From NCBI GenBank assembly GCA_964035545.1, contig OZ037769.1:5623929-5687928 (forward strand): a stretch of 64,000 bases of DNA, given 5' to 3'. This stretch comes from Bugula neritina (lineage: Eukaryota > Animalia > Bryozoa). Below are positions 46,419-58,800 of the stretch, one piece after another. Position 1 is the first letter of the stretch; every line of letters begins with the position of its first letter. The notes below the pieces were generated by a model. It did not search any database. It saw only the letters and a list, made by a program, of their open reading frames with translations, and was not told where the DNA came from. Position numbers and translations under genes: made by a program.

Positions 46419-46815
46419 CAAGCTAATTATAAAGAGTAAACTAATTAGACAGTAAGTTAATCATAAAGCACTGCATATCTTCTAATTATATCCAGCAGAA
46501 AGTCAAATAGCTCAAGTGGGTTTCAATTTTTAGGATATGGCATTTTTCATCATATCAGCTGTTCAATGCTTTTTAACACTCCTCATTGGTTTTTAATAAA
46601 ATCGCAACGAAAACTCATATATATCAGTGTAAGGCCGATATATGCCAAAAATGCACAGCTGTATTGCTGTAGCAAATAAATTTTTGAAAGAAATCTACAG
46701 AGACACTGCAAAAGCAAAAATTACAATAAATAGTTATCTTCTATACCATTCCACTACTTGGAAGACAGGAAGTATGAAAGAACAGCATCAGCAGTAGTAA
46801 AGTTAGTAACTGAAA

Positions 46816-49800
46816 TTAATATACCTTCTCCTCTTCCTTAGTGATTACATTTATCGTCTGCTCCTTAGAGAACTTCATGACCGAAGCTATGACCTTGGCC
46901 AGCGTCTGTGTGAAACATAACAGCAGTTAGCTTAAGCCAGGTACCACACTCAAAATAACATACAATCAAGTTTAATGCCTATACTTCAGTTCATTTCAGG
47001 ACGTTGGCTTAATATATGTGTTGAAGTATTTCATTCAAGTATAATATAGATATCTCAGATCAAATTATGAAATTTCTATTTTACTTTGTTTAATCAAATG
47101 TTGCTATTTACAACATATTCCATTTTCATTTACTGGTAAGTTCAGAAAGTGAAAACCCGTTTCATATGGTTGAAATAAAATGGACATCATTAACTTTAAT
47201 CTGTCCAGAGTTTAGCAATGTAAGATGAGTACAGTTGTGAGAGACCAGAAGATATGGTAAACCACCAGAGAATCTGTTAAAAACCACCAGAGAATCTGAT
47301 AAACCACCACAGAATCTGGTAAACCACCAGAAAGTCTGGTAAACTACCAGAAGATATGGTATAACACTGACCTGGGTCTGTTTGCCCATCATGTACTCAT
47401 ACAGGACATTTTTAAGATACTCCAGCTCCGTTGGTTCAGCCAGAACTGTTGAGGAATGATTTTCGGAAGTGGAATGAGTGGAGTTGAGGTCCACAGTGTG
47501 CAGGTCATCACTGAAGTGAACAGCTTTCTTAGAGCGTGGAACTGGTGTAGATGCTGTGCTAACATGTGAGTTGTATGGGGGGCTACCCTGGGGGCTCTCA
47601 CTAGCTGACTTGTTGAATGTTATGTTCTCTTGAAGAAGTGCAATCTGCAAAATGTATTAACTACAAACAACAACATAACAGGCAACACAAAAGGCAACAC
47701 CAAAGGCAATATAACAAGCAATATAACTAGCAATGTAACTAGCAATGTAGCTAGCAAAATAATTATCAACATGACTAGCAATGTAACTAGCAATTTAAGT
47801 AGCAATATAACAAGCAATATAACTAGCAATATAACTAATAGTATAATAGACAACTCATTAGGTACTAAAACAGACTATGAGCATACATTCTAAATCTACA
47901 CAACACATGTTGTTTTTATCAACAAAACTATTTAACTTATTAACATCACAGCCTGAAATAGAAGAAAACATAAGAGAACTTTAAAGTAAAAACGGCAATC
48001 ATGATGATTTAACGTAATAAAACTTAATCAGACCTGTGCAAGTAGCTCCGTTTCTCTCTGCTTCAACAGTTCACCTGACGAGTTGAGTTTCTCTTCATAC
48101 TCGGCAATGACATCATGGAGTTGTCTATCTTTTTCAGCGACTATAGATTCCAGATGAGGGTTGTGGCCTTCCAACAAAGACTGTAGTCTTTGAATTTCAG
48201 CTGCAGTTCGTTCTTCTTCAGCCCGGCTTTTTGCTGGATAGAAAAAGTTTCACTAATTACAACATATTTAGTTACATTGCTAATCAACATGTAAGAAAAT
48301 GTTTAAAAGTTGAGAAAAATAGAATATAAACAGCGAACTATACAAACACTGTAGATAGATACTGGCGCAATGACTTACCATAAGCTTCAGAAAACATCTT
48401 CTCAAATTCCTCTTCTTTCTCCTTCATCTTCTGCTCGAACTGAGAATAAAGCTGCTTCATCTCAGACTTGTGTTCTGCAGATAAATGAGTCATCTCTTCC
48501 TCGTGTTTCTACGAAGAAAGGAAAACTAGTAAGGATAGAAGACAACTATATAAGAAAAATAGGAAACATTTTTATTTCACTTTTGTGATCTAACATCAAC
48601 TGGCTTCAACACACATATTTTTTTCTATTTTAAAACTTTGCTTTCAAACAAAATTCCAGGAAAAATTAAAAATAGGGGTCTACTTCCGTGTATTATGAAA
48701 AAAACAGAAATAATAATTAGGTACAGCTTCTAAATTGAGATGCCATCTACGGCCAACTGACCAGGTGGCTTAGAGTAACAAGGCAACTACTCTTTTCGTA
48801 CAATCAGCTTTGATTATTTTCATGAACAATAATTTTCAAGTTTAGAAAAACTAACTAAGTACGAGAATACATGTTTGTAAATATATAAATATCAGATGAA
48901 ATTGAAACTTTGAGTAAAGTTGCATTTATACCTTCACGGTTTTCAGTCAGAAATTCAATTTGGCAGGGTTGAAATTTCTCCGAGATGCATTGCATTGTAA
49001 AAGCCACTCGTAAAAATTTTTGTGCTGTGATAACTTAATCAGCCGAGTTCAGAATAATACTCAAAAGGAGTAATAGCTCCTTGTAAATGTCGCTATTTAA
49101 TTATGACTTTGGCGATTAGATGACGTACTTATATGTTAATAATTATCTCGCCTGTGCCTTCTCAATTATTACTTTTATTGCTGCCAACTTTACTAATTCA
49201 CGGCGTTTTCAAAGGGCATCAGATAGCCATTACACGAGTCAGATTTCAATTTTAGAAATTAAGCTTCTAAATCAATATGATAAACTCACTGAGTTTCAGT
49301 TTGACTATAAAGGGTTACTAGGACGAGTGTTATTAACTGAAACTCGGCACTTATTTTCAGCAGAGGTATAAACGCAACTTTAGAATTTCACCAAACTCTC
49401 AATCACAACTCACGACTTTCAGCAGCAATATGGAAGGCAGGCATTGCTGCCGGTAATAACTCAGTGCTCAGCCGAACCAACCTTGATAAGATCTTCCTGT
49501 TCCACAGAATTCGACTCTTTACCACGCATCGAATTAACCTCAAGCTGCAACTCTTCCGCCAAGTCTTTCTCTTTGACAACATCATGTTCTAATCTTGTAA
49601 TATTTTCTTTAAGACTAGTAATTTCTTTTTGGTGAGAAATTATAATGGCTTCCATTTCCTGTTCGTGAGAATTGCTAGCATCTTCAAGCTGATTTGACAA
49701 CCCTGCCAACTCTGTTCTCAGTGAAGCCAGTTCTGCTGCTTTGCCCTGTGAATTCTCTTCGTTATCTCGATCAAGTTGAGCCATTTGAGTTTCCAATGCC

Positions 49801-52800
49801 GCAACTTTCTTCTGCAATTCTTCAGCTTCAGCAGTATGAGCTGCTTTGGAGGCCTCCAGCGTTGAACTGAGGCGATCCGAATCTTCTTTTGTGGTGTTCA
49901 ATGACTCTGTCAGATTCTCTATAGTCTTGGATTTTTCAATGTTTTGGGTCTTAAGTTGAGACATTCGCCCTTTGACCTTGTCTTCCCATTCCTTTAGCTT
50001 AGCATTAGCTTTATCTTGAACTTCAACTAATCGTTCGTTATGTTTCTTGTCTAAACTAGATAGCTCCGCATTGTGTGACTGCACAAGCGTTTCCTGTGCA
50101 CTTTTAGACTCGGTAAGTTGCTCCTTTAGAACGCTCAACTCTGCCATAGTTGACTGAAGTTTCTCGTGTAACTCTGCTAATTCTTTTTCTTTTTGACTCA
50201 GACATTCCTCTTGCTCAGCTGTTTGCTTCTCATTTGTATTGGAACTGGCCAATAGCGTCGTATGCTCCACCCTGACCGTCTCCAATTGGCCAACAACTGA
50301 CTGATGTTGATCCAACAGGGAGGAGTGATCTTCTTCCAATTTTTCTTTAATCCTTCTCAACTCAACTACTTGTTTCTCTGAAGACAACAATTTTTCATTT
50401 AGTGATGTCACTTCCTCTTTATACTCCGACTCTAGAGACGAAATTTTAGCCTCTGATTCCTGTAGGTCGGTTAACAGTTTATTGTTATCTGAGAACAGAG
50501 TGTTTTTCTCTTCGATTAGTTTAGTCAAACTGTCTTTAGCTTCAGATAGTTCTTTCTCAGTCACAGATACTCGTTCCTGCAATTCCTTCTCTCTTTCTTC
50601 ATAAGTCATCTTCAAGTTCTCCACTGCTTCATTACTGCCCTGTAAGACATATCAGTTAAATTGAATGTTACTCTACCCACTCCTGCAATATTAGACATCC
50701 AGAAACTTGTATCAAACACTGGTAAAAGATATACACAATAAAAATGAAATTACATTGCTTGAATCCTAATACATAGCTTAACGCACAAGCATCACAATAG
50801 CTAATAGCTACATTACTGAGCCTGCTTGTAGGCTATGAGAGAAAATAAATAATCAGAGAGAATAATGCCGTTACACATCATTGTGAGCAGAGTTTGACTT
50901 GAAACATAGCTACTCGAGAGTCAGACGTCACCTGTTCGCTGGAGGCTAGCAATGCAGTCTTCTCATCGAGGCTCTTCTTCAATTCGTGGAGTTTCTTTTG
51001 AGCCTTCTCTTTCAAGAGTTCATACCTGGACTCTTGCTCTTCCAACTCCTGCTTTGCTTTATTCAGCTCAGCCGTGACATCATCATACTTCCGGTCACTT
51101 TCCGCCTTCTGCTCAGAGTAAGTCTGCTGGACTACAATTTAGCATTAAGAGATAGTAAGTACAGACAGAACGGTATTGAATACACAGCATATTAACAATA
51201 CAATAGCTAGTATCATTCACGCATGATAACAAATTTTGCATTAAAACTGAATATAAAACAAAAGTCGACTATTTAGTTTTTTAAAAAGCAAACTAATAAT
51301 TTATAGCATTAAAAACACAACTCTGTCTTGATAAGCCACAAAGAGTTGTATGTGGTAATAGAACCCGTACACGAGATATCAAGACTAAAAATCCCTAACT
51401 GAGTGAGTGAAATCCTGTTAATATAGTATCTACTGCAACACCATCAGCCTACACGTGCTAGCAACTCCTCAAGTAGGAATACCAACGTACTCTCAAGTAA
51501 CTCTGTCCTCAGCTGAGTTACAACTTCCTGTGACTCAGTAGCCTGCTCCGTCAGACTGGCTATCTTCCTATTGAGAGAGCTGGTTTCACTTTGGTGTTCC
51601 TCCTCCGCCAGGTTGTATTTCTCGTCCAGCGCCTGCGCCATGGCACCAGCTTCTGTTAACTTACTCATCAGCCCGTCTAGCTTCGACTGGTATGTGTCTA
51701 GAATCGTAAAGTTTAAGATTTTACTTACATGATATGATTAATTCATGCCGGAAACTGCTTAGGAGATTTCAAAAACTAAGCCATTCTAGCTTTATAGTTT
51801 TGTAATGGAGAGTTACATTCCATTAACTAGTTTCTCTAAACTGTAATGTACTGTAGTTGCAAGAGTGTGAATTTAAGTTTCATTGAATAAAACTTTTTTT
51901 CTAACAAACCATTTTTTGTCTTGCATACTTAGCTGTTTGAGAATAAACTATAATATGTCAGGTAAATAACTCAACAATTATATAACAGCGCACTTCTTTA
52001 CTACACATATCATACTTCAGGACATTAGATCACCAATTAGCTCCAGTAACTTACTTTAATATTTAAATGCTGTACAAATTATATCGAAATGAACAGCAAT
52101 GATTATAATAATAACAATAGGAGAAGCAGCAAGAGCTAAGGACACTATATCATATACATGTATGTGCATACTAAGAAATATAAATCCTACTCTCTTTCTG
52201 TGGTAAAAGGAGAATGATGTTGTAATTATAATGCAGGTTTACTCTAACCATAGAACACTGAATGCTGAATATGGAAATAAAGTGAAAATAAAATTCCAGT
52301 TCTAGGCCTACCAATAGTATTCCTGTGCTCTTCTGTTATCCTTGCTATAGCCTCCTCATGACGTGCCCTAATATCTTCTATGGAAACCAGGTTATCCTCT
52401 GAGGCTATTACTTTCTCATTCAGCTCCTCATTTTTTGATTTCAATTCTGAAACTTCTTTTTCTGCTTCGTCCAGTTTCTACATAACAGAAGCATCAGTTC
52501 CTGTATAAATTCCTCTAACAACCACACGATTTAAATCAGATTTATGTCTAAGAAAGATGTATGTAAATGAGCAACAAAACATGGGTCAAACTTGATGCGA
52601 AACACCAAAGATTTTGCAAATTTATCGAATACCACAATAAACTTTACCAAAAAATGACTAATAACGAAAAGATTTCAAATTACAAGACTGTGATTAAGAA
52701 AAATTTTGTCCCCGCAGTAAAACTCAATCCACATCTAAAAAGTAAGTTATGCAACTTCGTAATATGAACAGTAAACTCGCTAGAGACATATGCTTTCTTC

Positions 52801-55800
52801 CTTGCCTTCTGCAACTCTGCCTGCACAGCTTCCAGTTCATTTGTTTTCAGTTGAATTTGACCTTGACACTCTACTTGTTGCTGCTGCAGGTCACTCACTT
52901 GTTGACTAAGTGAGTCAGAGTGCTCCTTAGAAAGTTCTAGAGCTCGCTCCTTCTCTAATCTCAACGACTCTAACCTAAAAGGAGTGTTTACAGACATGTT
53001 TGCAGGTCACATGTAGCCATTTTCAGCTTTTCTATTCGAGTTAAGTTCAGAACAATTTATAAAACATGTGGTAAAAGTCACTTGTACTACAGTCTCACAA
53101 AATGCAGAGTTACAGGAGAACATAACTTGTAATAACCCACAAAGTAGTTTGATTACTTGTACAAGCAACCTTCTTATTGGGAGAACAACTCCAGAAACAT
53201 GATTACTAGCTATAAAAAAGAAATAGATTGTAATACAGTGTGCCCTCAGTATCTCACCAAGTTATGAATCCATCTAGCTAGTTCATTAATGAAAATTTTG
53301 TACAACAGCTAGCATATAATTAAAGCGGTCTTAACACAAACTAAATAGCACGGTGTCATCAAACTGTGTTACTAGTTCACACCTTTCACTAAGATCAGCC
53401 ACTGTTTGTTCATGGCTTCTCTTCTCTTCTGCTATTTCCTTGTCTTTCTGCGATAACCTTTCTCCCCAGTCTTCTAGTAGCTTATCGTGATCAGTAGACT
53501 TTGCTTCAGCCTGTTAACATGTACAAACTAGGATTTAAATATTGTCAAACCTATAACAACTACAACATGGGGTATAGACGCAGCACATGCTCACATGTTG
53601 GCTGAAATAGGTAGGTAAAGATCAGCTAGATAGTTGAAAAATTACCTGCATAACAGCTGATTGATGTTCATTTTCAAGATGATGCAACTTTTTAGTGTGA
53701 GAATCTATTAACTCAGCTATTTGTTTAGAAGATTCTTCCCTAAGGGCAGACAACTCTTGATCATGAGAAGCTTTAAGTTCTGATAACTCCTGCTCCTGAG
53801 TAACGAGAATATTGTCAAACTTTTCTTTAGAATCCTCAGTCGCCTTTTCCAGCTCATCTCTGACTTTGGAAAGCTGAACTTCAAGCAGCTTTTTGGCATT
53901 TTCCTCCTCGTATATTCTGTTTTCAAGTTGATCCTGAACGTCCTTCACCTTTTGCTGATGAGCAATTTCAAGCCTATCCATCTCTTCGCCATGCTTTTTA
54001 TTCAAGCCGTTGGTTATTTCTTCCAGCTGCTCATGGATTTGCCCAGTTGATTCTGATTTTAGCAAGGTGATAGCCTGATCATGCTGATCTCTCAAGTTAT
54101 CCAGCTCGCTAGAATGGCGCTCAATCAATTCCTGCATTTTTCTGCCATTTTCTTCAGTCAGTACGGCTAGTTTCTCCTCATATGTTTTAGTAAGATTCTG
54201 GACTTCTGATTTACTTCTGCTTACGGCATCAGCCAAAGAAACTTCGTGAGCTTCAGTGATTTCAGCTAACTTAACTTCATGCTGCTTGCCTAAATCTGCT
54301 ACTGCATCTGTAACTGCAACTTGAGTATTCTTCTCATGCTGAGACTGAAGCTTGCTTTTCTCCTTCTCAAAATCCGAACTCATTTCTGATTGGATATTTT
54401 CAATTTCCTGTCGATGCTGTAGAGTGAGGTTGGCCATCTCTTCCTGGTGCAGACGAACTAAATTCTGAGACGTTGTGTCTTGAGTCTCACTCCAATCCTC
54501 TTTGACTTTACTAAAATAAAAAGACTTACATTATGTACAGGGAGTAACCGACACTGCTAATTATCAAACTATAAGCATTTAAATAGCTTGTCCATTTTAT
54601 CACAGCAACTCACTTAATAGCCTGCTGGTGGGTATTCTCAAGTTCCAGTTTCATTTTCTCCCAACCTTGTTTTAGTTTTGCTGCCTGTTCCTCCAACTCA
54701 TTCTGGTGGGAAGTAGCGAGTTCCTCCAACCTTCTAGAAGCTTCCAAATGTAACGATTCTTTGGTAGCGACTAAATCAGCGTCTGACTTTTCTTGCATAG
54801 CCTTCATCTTGTCTGCTGCTGCCGCATTGAGATCTGACAACTGTGTCTGGTGCTCTGTTGACAGTTTACTCTCCAAATCTGACAGCTGTGTCTGGTGCTC
54901 TGTTGACAGTTTACTCTCCAAATCTGACAGCTGTGTCTGGTGCTCTGTTGACAGTTTACTCTCCAAATCTGACAGCTGTGTCTGGTGCTCTTTTGACAGC
55001 TTAATCTCTAAATCTGACAGCTGTGTCTGGTGCTCTGTTGACAGCTTACTCTCTAAATCTGACAGCTGTGTCTGGTGCTCTGTTGACAGTTTACTCTCCA
55101 AATCTGACAGCTGCGTCTGGTGCTCTGTTGACAGCTTACTCTCTAAATCTGACAGCTGTGTCTGGTGCTCTTTTGACAGCTTACTTTCTAAACCTGACAG
55201 CTGTGTCTGGTGCTCTGCTGACAGTTTACTCTCTAAATCTGACAGCTGTGTCTGGTGCTCTGCTAACTGTGCTTCCTTCGACTGTTGATGATCCATCTCA
55301 AGCAAATCTATCCTTTGCTGAAACTCTGTTTGAAGTGTTGTTTTTTGTTCCGAAAGTTGGCGCTCATGCTCGGAAATAAGTTCATCTTGCAATCTAGTAA
55401 AAGCCTGTAATTACGCAAAGAAATAAACAGTTCTATGTGCATGCGTACATTGGCCTGCCTTAAGTTTTCAAATTCTTACATGAAACCTGGGTTAACTCTA
55501 GCATAGACTGCTTAAACTGACAGGTTAGTTGAACTAAGAATAGAAACTCATACCTGACTCTGATTCTCCTCGTTCTGCTTGTTGGCTTCTACTGAAACTT
55601 CCCTGACTCGATGCAGCGTCTCCGATTCCTTTTCGGCGAGTTTTCTCTCATGTTCAGCTTGAACCTCGGCCAATTGCTGCAAGTGTAAATAAATAGACAA
55701 CTATTTGTTATATATGAGAACCTACTTTAATACAGTCATCAAATATTTTATATAGTAGATGGAATGTGGACGGTAGAAGTTCTGTGCTTAACTCAAAACA

Positions 55801-58800
55801 TTAAAGCATTCTAGTATAAAGACAGTGAGCAGCTTTACTTAAATACCAGAATTCATTTCAAAACATTATTAGTTCATTCTAGAAAACGATTCTTTTAATT
55901 TTTAGTAGCACGTCAACATACAAACATATAACTTTTGTTTAATTTCATTAACTAAGATATACCAAAATTTCAGCTCCATTGTCAAAAAACCAATACACTC
56001 AATTGAATCAAAGTGATAGCAGTGAAAGAATTTATCTTAAGCAAAGGGATTACGAGTACATCCACAAAGATTTCACTTCATCACTCGTATGGTTGGCTGT
56101 TATCTATTGATCACATGACACCTGCGTACATTTTCTAGAGAGGATATCTTCAGCTGCAGCTCTTCCTCCTGATTGGCTGACTGAGCCACCATAGACGTTC
56201 TCTGTAACTCTGCTGCCTCCAGGGCCAGCTGCATCTCCGCTGTCTTCTCTAACAGCAGATCATTCTTCTCATTATCCTTCCTCTCAGCTAAGAGAGCAAG
56301 CTCACTCTCCTACAAACAGCAGCGACCGACTCTTACCAATAATTTCAATGCAAAAGCTTTCAACAGTTCAAATCAAATATAACTAACTTAGTTTTTACCA
56401 AGACTTTAAGGTATCTGGAAAACATGAAAGAAAAAAAAATTACTAGCAGTTCACAGTATTTGATTCTTTTTCATCAACAATACAAAAAAAAACTGGTGCC
56501 CAGAAAGCTTTTAACATTTCAAATCAAATACAAATAATTCAGTTTTTACAAAGCTTTTGAGTTACATAGAAAACATTCAACAGTAAAAATAAATTGAAAA
56601 AAATCAATATGGAGAAAAAACGATTTAAATGTGTTGAAGCCTGTCAGAATCTCAACTAGAAAAGCTGCCCTGTCTATTCCTAAAATGGGTATTGAATCAA
56701 CCAGTATAATAATGGGTAGGACTGAACAGGAAGCATACTTTGCTAGCGAGTTTCTGAGCAAGCTCGTCCTCCATGCTGCTTAGCCTCTCCTCCCACATCT
56801 TGTCTCTGGCGGAGACAGCCTTCTGCTGCTCCTTCTCGCTCTCCTCCTGCACTAAAGTCAGCGTCTCTGTCTTCACTTTAGAGACTTGCTGCATGAACAC
56901 AGCCTTCTCCTCATCTTGCTGAGTCCGCAGGGCCTCCAGCTTCTACAAGTGAAGCGTGGATAGTGAATAAACTATTCTTATATAGCATAATAAGAGTTGT
57001 TTTCCTTTCAGGAAACAAAAAGTCGAAATATCAAAAAGGTAAGGTCAAAAGTTAAACCAACAAAGTAGCATATGTATTATCTAATAAGAAATCATTTTAC
57101 TTGATAACTAAAATCTGTACGAATAAAGCCTGGATAGTGGATATGCTGGCAAAACTGCTCTCATGAATAGGAGTTGCCTTCTTCTTTAGGGACAAAAAGC
57201 CAAGTTAAAACAAGTGTAGTTCATGGAATAACAGAATTAACAGATTCACTGTCAAAATTTAAACTAACCAAGTAACATTATATGTATTACCGAGTAAGAA
57301 AACTCAATAACTAAAATCTGTACTGCCCAAATTTAGAAGATAACTCTTGATAAATTTTAAATAAAAGTTTATAAAAGTTGCTTATCTATAATACAGTTGA
57401 ATAGTGATAGTGAGCATGGTTACTCTAACCTGCTGATGCTCACTAATCTCCTTCTCTAATGTTTCCTGAGCTTCTAGTAATTTACCAGCCAGACTCTTCT
57501 TCTCCTCTGTTAGTTTCTTAATGATTTCACGAGATTTAGTCAGCTGGTCTTGAACTGAAACATGTGCCAGCATAATACTATACTTAAAACTGAGGTGCAG
57601 TTACAACATTATAAACATAGGCTAACAAATACAATATTGTAAATAATTCGTACAACATATGAACATTTTTATAAGTCGCTAACTTTTGGTTCAGATAAAA
57701 TCACAAATTGTCCAAGAACTGGGCAGTGCATATTTCATCAGTTGTTTTATTGTTTGTATAGTATATGTAATGAATTCAACATAAATTTATTTATTAGTTT
57801 GTTTTTATTCTCTTTAGCGTCTTTTCAGCATGTATGTAGAAGTATAAATATAGGTCCTATCGGCCCTATATATTCAACATTTCATCAATATAATATTTAA
57901 ATTGATCTGTTACCAATATCTATTAATAAGAAGACACCAGGTTAGATGTTATAAATCAAAAGCACAGCACAATTTTATTTTATTTTTGATTATTTGTTTA
58001 AAAGAGTGACTATTTCAAGCCAGATAACGTGTTTGTGATGTTTATAAATCAAAGTTGCATTTGATATAAGATATATAATGATAAAATCATTACTTTTAGC
58101 CTGAAGCTCTGCATTTTCTGAGGTGAGGGAGGTGACTTGCTGTCCCTTCTTGTCTAAGTCAGTTTGTAGATCGTGTAGTTGTTGACTAAACATCTCTTTC
58201 AGCGTCGCCATCTATAATATAGAAGATTGAGAAACAATCTAAATATGTAAACAACCATATCCAGGAGAATCCTACAATGAGTCTGGCCACAAAAAGTTAC
58301 TGTTTTGCCACTCAAAAATCTGAACAAAACCCAGTAAGCAGTATATATAAACCCAACATAGTAACCTGTCAATAATAGTAGAAACTATAAAAATAAGATA
58401 AAGATGACAAGTCTAACTGAAATTGAGCTCGCTAAGTTCCTTGTATAAAACAATTTGGTATATATTTTGTATACTGTGCAAGGTTGAATAAAACCTATTT
58501 CAACATTTCCGCTTTAATAAGTTATAAAATATTCCTAGTGAGTAAAGTATTATATTAGTTAAACTAGAGAAGTCTTAAAACTTTTTAACATTTAATACGG
58601 AAAGATGAGAGAAAAGCTTCGGCTAAAAAGAGGCACAAGCTCACCTCTTCATCTCGTCTGCTGACATTGCGTCGGAGTGCCTCAGCCTCTTCACTCAGCA
58701 ATGACGTCTTCTCAGCCTCTAAGGTTTTCAAGGTAGAAGTGGTTTGCTCAAGTTGAGTCTTCAACGCATCTCTTTCATTGGACAATGCCAACTGCTTTTC

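Noticed and set aside
46142-46426. Three repetitive ORFs (LHYC, VVQT, SALL)
   Set aside because: Products of a stop-free 12-bp minisatellite.
47620-47893. Hydrophobic ILLV and NITS ORFs
   Set aside because: Intronic 12-bp repeat translations.
54761-55379. + strand Cys/Trp repeat ORFs (175 aa and 118 aa)
   Set aside because: Antisense shadows of the golgin 45-bp coding repeat.
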